Part shown: piece by piece, positions 1-12,700 of the stretch | Layout: every line of letters begins with the position of its first letter | How positions within the stretch are numbered: position 1 is the stretch's first letter | DNA from: Perkinsus chesapeaki ATCC PRA-425 | Lineage: Eukaryota > Protista > Perkinsozoa | Direction: 5' to 3' | Assembly: GCA_013115145.1 (NCBI GenBank) | Contig: JAAPAO010000065.1 | Coordinates: 1 to 64,000, forward strand | DNA: 64,000 bases | The notes under the pieces: generated by a model | The model's input: the letters and a program-made list of their open reading frames with translations, nothing else | Told to the model about the DNA's origin: nothing | The model's database searches: none | Made by a program: the position numbers and the translations under genes

Positions 1-33
1 GAGTCAGATGCGCTACCGTTGCGCCACAGGGCC
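1..33 (-). tRNA. 5' half of a tRNA, probably tRNA-Trp(CCA), truncated by the window edge
   Basis: The reverse complement reads GGCCCTG TG GCGC AACGGTA GCGC A TCTGA CT C: acceptor strand, D-arm, anticodon stem and the first anticodon base C. It closely resembles eukaryotic tRNA-Trp (…GTGGCGCAACGGTAGCGCGTCTGACTCCAG). The rest of the anticodon lies outside the window. Confidence 0.8.
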
Positions 34-172
34 AAACTGACCCGATTGGGCAACTGCCTGGAACAAGGCCAGAGTAAAATGATTGGATGTACTAGATGAC
101 ACGAGTCGTGTCACACGACCCTGGTGAGATAATGCAACTCGGAAATCGATAAGGCTCTAGCCCGCGCGCCGT

Positions 173-720
173 TTAGAAATCGATAACGCTCCGAAGCGGC
201 TCAACGTTAGCTTTTAGAGTATCATAGAATTCTCCAATCGAAACAATCCAGTGGCCAGCCCAACTCACTGTAGGATTAGGCTCAACACACACCCCCTTCC
301 ACCCGAAACATCGTTCAAACAAAAGAGAGTTCGAGTACCTGATATGCCGTAAGTTTCAAGGAGCCCGGATCGCAGGTGATGGTGCTCTACATGAAAGGGT
401 GGAACGCTCCGATATCCACAAATGTGAGGTTTCTCTTCCAAGGGAAGAAGTTGTGATAGACGAACCAATCCTGAATCCATTATTCGCCTTTACTAGAGCG
501 CAGTCTCGGTAAACGAGCGGCTTACTTGAAACCACTGTGAATTGGAGACGTACTTGGATGCAATATGAGCATCATCACATGATAGGTAATCTGAACTCCA
601 GGGATTATGAGTGACGGTTGCAGCGCCGGTTGACACTAACCACACAATTCCGGCAATGTGGACAAGCATCAGTGCGGTATAGTGAATTGCAATCTCGTTT
701 CGTTCTAGTATAGTCCTTCG
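173..720 (-). CDS. Hypothetical multi-exon protein
   Basis: Exon-like ORF 265..480 (RIMDSGLVRL…HVEHHHLRSGLLETYG…LSLILQ) is flanked by GT/AG sites. A plausible last exon FYDTLKANVEPLRSVIDF* ends at 173. The start is unresolved and I recognise no family. Confidence 0.35.
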
Positions 721-826
721 ATAGCCTATGACAAACTCTACAATGGTATGGTTTACTAATGGAAACTTGTTAGAATCTATGGTATATATCGGTCTTTATT
801 GCTGCTAAATTTATCGGAAACAGAGA

Positions 827-3279
827 TTATTTCATCAATTCTTCCTTGGTCTGCGTCGATGTTGTGCCGTCGGGATGCTCCGTGGTCGTAGTCGTCCTGA
901 GCATCTGCAAGGGAGCATGATAAACGGGAGCGCCTGGTGGGTTATTCTCTCTCACCTTCCTGCCGTTCTTTGTGATGACCTCCTGCTTAGTAGAGGTATG
1001 CGATCCCGCAGGGTCTTCCTTCTTAGGGTTGTCGTTCTTCGAGGTTGCTGAAAAAGGAAAACCGTGTCCAAGACGTTACCGACAATACCCCACGCAATGC
1101 CTGGGGTATTTCCACGTGCCTCGGTGGCACGCATTGTACTTCGACTCCAAAGGAAGTTATCATTTCATGGGGAGCGCGACACGAATGAAGCTAGTTTTTG
1201 AAGACACATAGCAACTGAACGTCAACGCTCAGCCTGCACCGATACAATACCACTAGCGGTGGTAAGCTCAAAACGAACCGATATACAGGTTCCAGGCAGA
1301 CGATGAGCCGAGGGTCCCAGCACGGAGTAAACCACACAGAATGGACATCCCACACCGTACCCCAAAAGAAGGCTGATGGTACAAGTAGAGCGGCACCAGC
1401 AGCGAATAGCCGTCGTAGGAAACTAGGAGCTCTCCTCATTGCACCTGATGTATGACCATTAACCATAATAGGTTGATAGGGACCCAAAGAGCACGTCGCC
1501 GCCAGCACCCAGATGTCGTACGTGAATGGAGCATCTTTCTTAACAACTTGGCACCAAACATATCGAACCCAAACCGCGCCATCTCTAGGCCTTGCCTGAG
1601 TGTACCTAACACATGCCGATCTCAGCGTCGTCCACATAACCACTTATAGTTTTCATATACAAGTTGTAACGGTCACGATGACTTGTCAAATTGACAGCAT
1701 TAAAGCAGGCACCCGCGCCATACTAGCGGCCGTGCAAAGGCCATGAAGAAGAGTAGAAAGGGGGTTTTCCATGTATAGGACAGTTCGCTCCTTAAAAGCC
1801 CCCTCTTACGTCTATGAGGTCGCATCGTTGGTCTAAACATATCGCCTAGATCTCCGCCCATGCCATTGCCGAAGAGAGAACCAAGACCACCGAGATCATT
1901 AGGATCGAACGGGCGCTGGGTGCCGGCACGGCCACTAGAACTCCGTGAACTCTGCTGGCTGCCGCCGCTTTGGCTTGATGAACTTGTTCTGCTGGAGGAC
2001 CTGGTACGCTCAGCGCTGTGCAGAATCGCAAGCCGCAGTCTGGACCTACTGTGAGGATCGCGGGCCACCTGGTGTGGCGAAACCATCTCCCATAGCGCTT
2101 CGGAGAAGGTCATCCAAGTCCATACCCATTGCTTTCTGAAGAGACAGAGCATGCAGGCATAACTGAGCAGCAACTCACTCTGAAAAGCTCCTGTGCTTCA
2201 TCCATGGACATCTGCCTATAATGCACATTACCTATAAGGAAGCATTGGGGATATGAATAACATATTCAAAAGGCGCTTACCACCAGGGAAACCACCAGGG
2301 AAGCCTCCTGGGAAGCCTCCGGGGAATCCCCCGCCAGGGAAGCCACCGCCTGGGAAGCCTCCACCGGCAAAGTCACCTCCTCCCGGGAACGGACCAGACC
2401 CACCAGGGCCAGAGGGACCGCTCGAACCGCTACTGCTTCCACTACTCCTTCCTCCAAAGGACGAAGAAGCAGATTCATAGGCATCGTACCTAACACTAGA
2501 CGCATGAAAAGCGATTAGTATACTCATGAGTTCACTGGCCTAGAGAAAAGTTCGTGCGATTAGAGCTCAACGCGCAGTCAAAGCTCCATCATCCCGCATG
2601 GCAAATGTGACCTTCTCCATGACCAAGGATAACGAATATTTGCTGTCCGCACGAGGCCTTCTCGCCACACTAAGTTCATTTTTGTGACAGAAATACCCAA
2701 TTTGGCGAATGCAGCAATGCAAGATTTCCTAAAATCCCACAAGTGTGGTGACGTCTCGCTCGTTACGTGTGTAAGTTGGGCGAGAACGCCGATGCATCGA
2801 CACAATAAGTGTAATCAGGCGAAGGATTCATGTGAGTAGGAATACAACTTACTGTCGGCGTTTGTTTTCATCCCCCAGCGTTTGATATGCCTCGCCGATA
2901 TCCTTGAATTTCTCCTCAGCTTCTTTCCTATTATCGGGGTTACGATCCGGATGCCATCGCATTGCCTGCTTTCTGTAAGCCTAAGAAGGTATCCTTCAAG
3001 CCCATGCGGACTAAGCACTGTTCGCTTCTATCATACCTTTTTAATATCATCTTGAGATGCATTATGTGGAACACCCAAAACTTGATAGAAGTCCTTAGGG
3101 CCAGACTGCGTGGCAAAGGACCTTCTGAAAGCCGGCGACACTCCAGCAGCAAACAGCGGAGCGGAGGTTGTCCGCCCAAACAGCCGGGCACTGAAGGCAG
3201 TAGCGCCCATCGCGGCCATCGGCATCATAGACGGCGCCGCTCGAGCCGTTGATCGAAGTAGTAACGAGTTGAATAACAT
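827..3279 (-). CDS. DnaJ/Hsp40 J-domain protein with N-terminal mitochondrial-type presequence and G/F/P-rich region
   Basis: ATG at 3279 begins an Arg/Ala/Ser-rich presequence. The J-domain is [20 protein letters not shown]|[45 protein letters not shown], with the HPD motif, followed by GGFPGG repeats (2228-2527). The 3' exons (…[11 protein letters not shown]|[13 protein letters not shown]…EELMK*) are hand-spliced. Confidence 0.85.
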
Positions 3280-3752
3280 ACTTGTCGATAATTGATTAGA
3301 TAATAAGGTAAGTCAACAGTGAAGGGCCTGAGGCACCTTCTTCATAAAACAAGTCAACTGCAATAGGCAATAGCATACTGGTCATATCATACTATATACA
3401 TACAGTTGGTCTAAACAAACATCCCATAGTAAATGCAATCAAAAGCCGAGCTGTGACGTACAATTTCACGACTATACTAATACTGACAGCGTGAAGCTAT
3501 CCAAAATGGTAATGCTATTAACGGGCCACCTTTACAATACCAGTAGGGCGAGGCTTTGGAGCAAAATGATATGCACAGAAGCATTCTGTAAAATAGACTG
3601 TGCAAAGTTACCCTAGGACTCACAACCGCGGCGCGGTGATCCCTCTTCAACTCCAACACTTTATGTTTATACAATTATCACAAAAACTATAACAATCTCC
3701 TCGCTGGAGATGCGTACGTGTAATAGTTCATTGCCGACTAGCCTCCTCTGTC

Positions 3753-5631
3753 TTAACCCATCCCACCAAGCTCGAGATCTCGCGGGCTGTCTCCGCCACC
3801 GTCGAGCATGTCGCTGATATTGGTGCGGCAAATAGGACCTAACAAGCCTGTAACAGTCCAGCAGCTTCTAAAGGCCTTACAGAGCTGCGACACAGCCAGC
3901 CACTGGGTGATGCAGCGTTCATGAAACACGTGCTTGGTATTGCACGGCAATGTCATGACCACGTCATCTTCGCCGAAGTCCGACAGGCAGATGGGGCAAC
4001 TTTCCGGAACGTCAGAAGCGCCCTCGGATCCTACAGGGCAACAGATACGACCATCGACGCCTCGAGGCTGCTTCGCTTACCAGCCTCCTCCAGCAAGCGG
4101 TGATACTCAGTTTTGGGAATCCGACGAATCATGTCATCTCGAGTGGCGAGCTGACAGTGGCGAACATGTGGACTGAGGCGGAGGCGGAGGCAGTTACCTG
4201 GTTGGCGTTAGGAGGGAAGATAACTGGGAGCAAGCATAACAGACAGGGCAAGCAACACATGACCTGATAAAGATGAGGAATCCACTGCTCGTTGAAGTCA
4301 TTTGCTTGTAAGTTCATAACGATGTAACATCAATTCTCTTGACTTGCGGGATACCAAGACTGTTGAAGGGGTTCCAGATTCGAGGCATGTATATGGACGA
4401 ATAGAGCGCGGACCTTACCAGGAATAGCAGTGCAACAGGCAGGCCGACAATAATGAACTGTATGAGGCACATTATCATAGCAAAGTTCCATACAGCCTGG
4501 TCACACGCACTGCTCGCCCAGACAAGGTAACTGAGCAAGAACGACCGAATAAGAGACATTTCTCTCCAGGGTGGCGCCAACCGGACGCTTATGTCGACAC
4601 TGACGTGAAACGCTTCGAGTTCCCGGTATGCCAATATTGCTATTAGCCACCCTGCGTTTGGTCATTTGCATTTTCTCAGAAAAACATCGACATTAGAAAT
4701 GAAGTCGTTGAAGTGATTAGTAGGTGGCTTGACAACACGTCGTTTGAACACTAGAACATCTATGCGATTTTTTGAGAACTGTTCTTTATTATCTTCTCTT
4801 CAGTAATCGAAAGATCTACGTGAGCCACCGTTCCCCAACCCCTCACCATCCGAGCAGCCACAAGTAGTATCCAAGCCGATTGCAAGTGATGATTGCAGAA
4901 GTCATTCGAGCAAAGGCTTCCTCATGGCCACTATGCCGGCCCAACCACAGTCGTGCTGGAGCATAGCGTACGAGAGCTGCATGTGACCAGGAAGCCTACC
5001 TGCCACCATTCCAACCTTGAGGATATGCCGGCAAACGAAGATGATGATCCAGACAGGCAAAGGGGTATCGCAAGATTCAATCATGCCTAAAGTTGACACC
5101 AGCCTTACTCTTTAAAGCGTACCAGCCCAATCTACTAAGTTTAAACAACGAGAAATCGGCTGAGGCTCTGCCTTAGTCAGACCGACCCCCGCAAGCAAGC
5201 CCGGAAGCTAGTGGGACCCGTCCTACCAGAGACAGGTGCAGAGGCATCCTTCAACACTATAACCGCAGCAATGGTCAAAGCAGCCACCACTACGCCATAT
5301 ACCACAACAATGCTCCACGGCAAGTCAGGTAATGTTACTATATTATGTGCCAACTCGCTCGCTGTCTCTCTAACCTACACAGCTGAGCTACACCACAGTC
5401 GCATCCAAGCCAGCCTACTCTGACGGGATTGTTTTCATCGTAAAGCATGTCATCAAATGTATCCACCGACAATCCATCATCTTCACTAGCTGCCATCGGC
5501 GAAGCCCGAGCACGGTCGATCGGTGAGGGCTCACCGTCCGCTGCAACAGTGACCGGCACCCCGGCGTATTGGCCACCTCTGCTGTTGCTGGGCCGCAGTC
5601 TCGATATTACACGACCGAAATTAACGCGCAT
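3753..5631 (-). CDS. Transmembrane RING-H2 E3 ubiquitin ligase
   Basis: The C-terminal CPICLSDFGEDDVVMTLPCNTKHVFHERCITQWLAVSQLC|PICR is a C3H2C3 RING. Upstream exons are hydrophobic (CDTPLPVWIIIFVC; FAMIMCLIQFIIVGLPVALLFL; VMCCLPCLLCLLPVIF). The first in-frame ATG is at 5631. Confidence 0.85.
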
Positions 5632-6019
5632 TGAAATCTCATAACTGTCAACCACAAAGGAAATACTGCTGCCTGGGGTACCGAGCGGGCCCGCTCTAAA
5701 AGGATGGCAATTTCACAACTGGGCTCGGGACTACAGAATCGGGCTCTACATTGTAAAATAGTTTGTCACTGTGATCGTGTAACTTGTAGAGTCTACAGAC
5801 TAAATAATTCTCCTGGGTACAATCTACTACCTACGCAAATCCTATCGATTTTTGAATGATACGACTCTCTCTCCGGGCCAGGCGACTCCATACCTTTTTC
5901 ACGGCCCCTTGGAGTTTATGAGGTCGGTTAATAAATAGTATAGGGCTGACCAGGCCTACGAGTAAGCGAGGAACGTGATACGTGGCTCTTTCATAATAGT
6001 AAATACAGTGTCTACATAC

Positions 6020-7752
6020 GTACCTCCAGGAACATCGTTACTCTGTCCCACGAGGATACAAGAGTCCATCTCTCGATACATACTTCAACACAACACTAGC
6101 AAGAACGGTTGGTAAATCAGACAGGTCGTCATCATCCATGGTCAGCATGCTACTGAACAGTCTTCCCGGCAGACCGAGCCAGTTGGATCCTCTCTCGTAT
6201 TCGCCTCACATCACTGCAAATACCATCCATCTCCTTCCGCCACTTAGCCTACAAAAACAGCAACTACTTCAACTTTCACAAAACGAGAGGATACGATACC
6301 GAAGGGCCGAATCGGGACCACCGAAGACCTGACGGAAACAGGATCAGATACGCCGAATCTGAGAGATGCGTCAGGATGGATTTCGGAGCTCGCAGCTGTA
6401 TAGCTAACCACCTTCTTTATCGAGAACGCAGCACGTTGAAAATTCGCGCAAAATGAGGGTCTTAGGTTCAATTAGAAAATCTCAATCTCACGGTGAGATT
6501 CTCAACCGTCAAACGACGATCCAGAAACCCCAGTAGGAATCCTTTGTGAACTTTGGATATGTCTATACGACTCCCTCAATGAGGGGCCCTCATAGCCGGA
6601 CCACCATCCATTCCCCTCGCTTACCCAAGGGCTGATCACTTCCTTCCTCGAAGTGAGTATAGTGGCACGAGCTTCACTCTGAAAAGCAGCAGCTGCTGCT
6701 ATATGCAAGCAGTGGTTGACTATATCCATATACGCTGCTTAGTACGGCAGCAACGATGATAAGAAAGGACAGCACACCCTCACACAATAACGGCAGGAGG
6801 GCAATTTAGGGAAGTCGAACAAGTCGGGGATCCCGTCGGTCATAGTGATTGACTTCACAGGTGCTCTCGCTGCTACCAACACCTACCTCTCTAAGCCACC
6901 TCGCAATGGATTCCCTCCCTCCGATTGCCTAAGTCAAAGAACATTACACCACACATTAAATCGCCGAGTAACCCACCACTAGACCGGATGACTCTAGCAA
7001 CTTCTTCGATCGGTCACCAATCTCTCCCAGCCACTCTGTTCGCTTGTCTGCTTCAACTTTCTCTATTGTTCTACACAATTCTGAGAACAACGAGGAGTCT
7101 CCCAGTACAGAGGTTGTCGCGACACTCAGGCCACAGCAGACTTCTGTTGCCCCCGCACTCCTATAAAACCAAGTAGTCTGGCAGGTACCTCTCCCTCGGT
7201 CGTTCGTTCGACACCATCGATCCACTCGCCTCCGCACGCCCACGTCTACCTTTTGCCCATTGAGCACCTGAAGCCTCCTCTTCTACACAATCACACCTCC
7301 AAGCTTATGGCTCGAGATTGACAACGCTCTCATATAGAGAACGGCTAAACGACTAAGTTCGAGATATCCTTAACCTTGATCGCGCTCCGAAGAGAATGTC
7401 ACCATATCTCCCAACCGTATCCAGCAAAAATTAACCGTGACCATGTAAACCTTCTACTGAACCGCCCGTACACTTCCCCCTTGCCAAGGTTCCCCCCTGC
7501 CTCTCTCACCCTCAGCTTTGGGCACATCCTTATGCACAATGCTTCAATGACCACCGGTTCAGCCGCCGTCACTTCATCAACATCATATCTCATCTCCTCC
7601 ACCGTGGACGCCATCTTGAGCAAAAACCCGCAGAGATCCTCCTCGCTTGCCTTTAAGGCTTCACCAGGCAGCTCTACTCGCCGGTGGACGATAGGCTCCC
7701 CTCCGCATAGTGGCCGAGGCATGCAATGGAAGAACCCTACGCCAGTAGGCAT
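6020..7752 (-). CDS. Hypothetical multi-exon protein
   Basis: A series of co-oriented exon-like ORFs (7399..7752, 6956..7267, 6502..6729, 6244..6471) with splice-like borders. No motif recognised. Confidence 0.35.
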
Positions 7753-7933
7753 TTAAACACGCATCCATAGTAAAGACTAGTCCGTAGAGGGGCATATTTC
7801 CACTGGACTGTCTGAGCTTCTCTTGCTACCTCCAGCTGAGCAAATACTTCAAGAAAGATAACACTACATAAAGCAGATAGGAAAGAAACTTCTACAAAGT
7901 AACACTAATGTACACACAGGAACGACAACGACG

Positions 7934-9670
7934 CTAAACCGTCACGCGCCCAATAATTACGCTGTTCTTAGGCGTGCAAGTTTCCGGTATTATCCGAGAC
8001 AGTGACACTTTGTACCCGAAGCGATCCCTAGCGCTTATCAATCGATCCGTGTCAACCACTTGCATGCACGCACGCGCAACAAGATACTCCTTTCGTTGGG
8101 AATAGCTAAACCCTTCCTTGCCGCCGCCGTGAACCACCGAGTAGTCCGCTAAGGACGCTACGGTTTTAAACTCCTCTTCGGTCAGGACTTCTCCGATGCT
8201 CTTTGGCAGCTGTCCGGCACCAGCACCCTCTACACCGGCGATCTGGCCGTAACAACATGGACAAACCTAATAACAAGTTCCCACAGAGACAATAAACTAA
8301 ACCTCACAGTAAGACCTTATGAAATGTGAACTCGCGCCGCACTGGAATTACTACTACTAGTTATTGATACCGAATTCTTCCCAATAACCCTGGCGGCGCA
8401 CAGTTTCCTACCGACTATACCCATTCATGACTCGAAGGTCCCCTGACTACCACAAAGCTGCAGTTCCTTCGAGTGCAGTAATCTATAATAACATCCGTTA
8501 ACCGACCACAGGCATGCAGACCGATACCTACGCAATCAACGCTATCGAATACATCCCGGTGGCATACTTATGATGATAACTACTATATATATTATAATTA
8601 CTACCTATTACCTAACTAACAGACACTTTACTATATCTTATAGTATGTACTTCTCTACATACATACATCTATATTATATACCATCATATAGACGACCCAT
8701 ACGGTATATATTACTAGTACTACCGCATCCCCTATTGTCTATACGTTAAATGCAATCATTATTAATATCATATAATATATGAATAATAAGTGAGCAATCA
8801 TCTCACCATCAACCGTGATATATCTTATCAGCTCTATAACAGCGCCTATATAATGCATATAACATATTTTCCCCTACACAGCGTTCAATTTAGCCGCCAG
8901 ATAATGGACCCACCTCACTATGCTAGCTTATTCTTAACAATAAATACACACGTCAATATCATAACTAATAATACTGAATCGCTACTATCAGAGCAGCTAA
9001 CCGAGCCATCTTTCCTTTTATTACCAACATCACATGGTGCCTCATAATCCTGCACGCATGCGCACACCACTTCGACTCTATCCTCCCAGCCAAGTGCTTT
9101 CACTCTATCCCTAGCCAGCCCACATGTACCTGAATAGCTACTTGTGGTAGCCAACCACCTATTTCCTCAGATTTACCAGGACGCCTCTCCACGAGGACTA
9201 TATCAACATCAGCTCGCATATACCCTACCAACAACCCTAAGTGTCCTGATCCTGCGCCAAAGTCCACAACAGTCGGTCGAAAGTCCTGCGAATCCAACTG
9301 CTCCGTTGCGCACCATTATGACTCTCCCACCTCACTACTGTGTGGTATCACCGCTAGCACCGCAGCCACCATCCCCGATATCTGAAGGTCCATGCCATAG
9401 AGCGCCATCTGAGCTCTTACCTGCTCACGCTTCCTGGCAGCCCTGTCCGGGTGAAGACAGCCCGTAGAGGGATCTAGACCACTCGGAAGGGACCTCCAGT
9501 CTAGCTGCACAGGAGAAGGTTCTTCATAGGGCAGATGGCAGGACTCGGAACCTGCGGTGGGTATGAGCGAGCGAGGAGGGGTGGGACCGGATTCAGTGAC
9601 CGCTTTGTGACGGGGATACCACTAGATAACCTTTAGGAAATAAGCTTATCCCAGCCGGCAGACACGCACG
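7934..9670 (-). CDS. GSTCD-like class I SAM-dependent methyltransferase (Methyltransf_32 type)
   Basis: Spliced motifs follow the GSTCD order: LDWRSLPSGLDP…DRAARKREQV; VVDFGAGSGHLGLL (SAM-binding); GIGLHACGRLTDVII; VCPCCYG; ARACMQVVDTDR…PETCTPKNSVIIG*. The 5' end is uncertain. Confidence 0.8.
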
Positions 9671-9760
9671 GCATCTCCAATTCGGCACTGCGCGCTCAGT
9701 GGATTCCTGCACTCTCAATACTGCCTCACACAGCAGTGCTGTGGGTCCCGAGTTTCGAGT

Positions 9761-12700
9761 TTATGCGATAATTACCGAGGCGGCCAAATCCCTACAGGCA
9801 CACCACACCTACCTCTACATCTTAACTTTGCTACATTTCAACTTTGACATTTTTTCGGATGTTGCCTCCAAGTTCGGCACGGTAACACTCAGTAGCTAAG
9901 CCACCCCCCTGCGCTCCCCCCATCATTACTACCAATGACCTTATCAGCCAGTTGCCCTGCTAGCATCATCCTTTCTCTCTTCTCCCTTCGACGCCTCTCA
10001 AACCTTCCAGACATTGACGACTTCTCCTTGGCAACTCCCATTCACAAGCAAACCACTGGGGTTGAGGCGATACGTTCTCACGCGCCCCAACAAACACAGA
10101 CCTCTGAAAGTCTTTCAGTGTCTTTCAGTGAAAGACACCCATTACGGACGAGTAGGCTAACAGTTATAAGCGGTAAATTTCGAGAGATAGATTTTCCAAC
10201 CTCCCTCACTTTTGGACGATCTTCAACTGTGAAGCAGGTTGGGAAGAATTCCCCAAGCACATCCACACTCTCCTAACTCTTTAATTCCCCCCACTCAGCT
10301 GCAACTCGCATCGGCATCTTTATACCACCACTACCATCATCTGTTAGGTAACACAATATCTGTCCCCATCACATCACTTTAATGAATACAACGTACTATC
10401 TCATACATGTCTCCATGCTAATGATTACAACATGCTGCCCAATCACACCTCTCTTAACCACCAGCAACCATCTGCTACGCTTCGCCTTCAACTATCTCGT
10501 TAAATCGTTCCTCGAGGTCCATCGATCGCCGCGAGCGTCCCTCAGCGCTGTAGCACCGATACAGGGGCACCTCCCCCCACTTGCACGGCCCTCGCCTCGC
10601 CACGCAGCTGCTCGTCGCCGGTCTATCCGGCCAGGGACTCGCGCTAACCAACAGGCCTGCACTCCTCATCCGAGCTCTGATGCTAGCTCGGTTAGCTTTC
10701 GGCGTTGACCTCAGATCTGCCAGACTGATCCTCACTTGTTTGGCCGCAGCTGCCACTTGTGCTTCACTAACTGCCAACAGGGTTTTGTCGTATACATCAG
10801 ACCACACTCCGCTGCTAGCCTGAAGCAGGGAAGCTAGACAGCATCACCAAAGCAGGCACCCACCCTCTCGACAGCCAACTCGGTCAGGAGAGGTATAACA
10901 AACTCCTCATCAAGCTCATCAGCTTTGATCTTCGCTGGACCATCAATCACCTCAGTCTGAGTCTCGCATAGCCGAGTTCGTGGAGCTACTTTGAATCCTA
11001 AAGAACCAAGGTTGCCCTGCATTCAGGAGCAATAGATAATGATAACGTGATTCTTTCGAAAACGTCACCAGAGCGGAACCCAACGCCACTAATCACCAGG
11101 GTTATATCTCCTGACCGTCATAAAACTGCCCCATCTAGAGGCCATGTAGTGGCTACAAGCACCTCCGAAATTTATCATTCAGGCCTCCATTCTTCAGCAC
11201 AGAATTACTGCGATTGCAGCGGTCACACACAGGATACTTTCAGTCGATTCGCAGTGTGTGGATCGGCACCACGGTAAGATACCCGTGGTGAATCCACTCC
11301 CACCTGCACTACCAATGGTCTCTTGTAGCTCCTTCGCTTTATTATTAATCTCTTCAGTAAGGTCATTAGCCTTTTGCCATCTCTCTATCATACTAGGCTC
11401 CATCATGTATTTAACATCAACACTTTTGATATACCTAATAACAACCAAGTGCACTAACGAATGGAATGCCTTGACGAGGGAAGTCACCCATCCACGTAGC
11501 AAAGCACGTCACTCCTACACAAGCTACAATATAAACCCCTTTACAAAATTATGGGACCTACCAATAAAAGTTTTAATATACTTTTTGATTTCAAAAATAA
11601 TATGTTTTAATTTGTTTATATAGAGGGTATTAAAAGAATAGCCAAACCCCTGTTGATAGCTCCAGACCCTCGCCAGTCCCCTCATCACCTCCTAGCGAAC
11701 TCCAGATCCTCCTCTGTCGCATGATACGTCCGATCCATTATGGAAACAAATCTACATACCATGACACACCGTACCCATGCTCACCCATGCCCCTTTGTCT
11801 ATCATAAACTATACTTGGTTATATAGCATCCTAGTCATCTCTAGCATTTACAGTACGCGCAATCTAAAGACCCAATTTCGTGTGGAGGGCTCAACTTCTT
11901 AACTACTGCTCATATCAACCTGAAATTTGGCAAGGAAACTCTCCTAACATGGATATATCGTTAAAATACTCCACGGACCTGGTTTTCGAAGAAGAAAAAT
12001 TTGGTACTTTACTGCACCTTGGGCCACGTCGCGCTCTAGTCCAGCACGGAGCCGGCTGGGTTTTTTATACGAGACCACCTCGTTCGATTAATGCGAGTAA
12101 TGGCTACTGTTGGAAAATTGAGGGGCCCCCATCGGACTTGGATTAATTCGACACTCAAAGAAAGGAAAATTTTACTGAGATGGTTGAAATTCGGGCACTT
12201 TTCCCTTGATATTGCATCTCGCCTGTTCCCTATTCTCTGAAAAACACCTCGGAGCGTGCGAGTTTCATCAAGAAGTGCATTTCATCATCTCATCAAGCCA
12301 GCGAGCCGCAGAGGAGGGAAGACCGAGTTTGGAAAAGTGGGAGACATGCTCCCCCACAAAGTCAAAAAGTGCACTCCAAGGAGTGTGTAGCCCACCGAGG
12401 ATCAGTGATCTTGGAGTCACATAGCCGCGTACAGTGCGCTGAGTGAAGCTCATTCGATTATTCGGTCATTTTCGCCATATGGCTCCTGAAGAAGCGGTAT
12501 CCGAGGTTCCTTATACTTGAATCTCATGTGGAACTCTACGGACTTCTATGGGAGACCTGTCCTTATAGCTGTCCCAGCTTCTGGACAGCCGTTAGACGAT
12601 TAAACAGATCTAACTCAGATCCGCCGGATTACAAGCGTTTTCAGTAGATGCGGAAACACCAAACTTTGAACTTCGAGGTTTGAAGCTATTCTCTGTGGGA

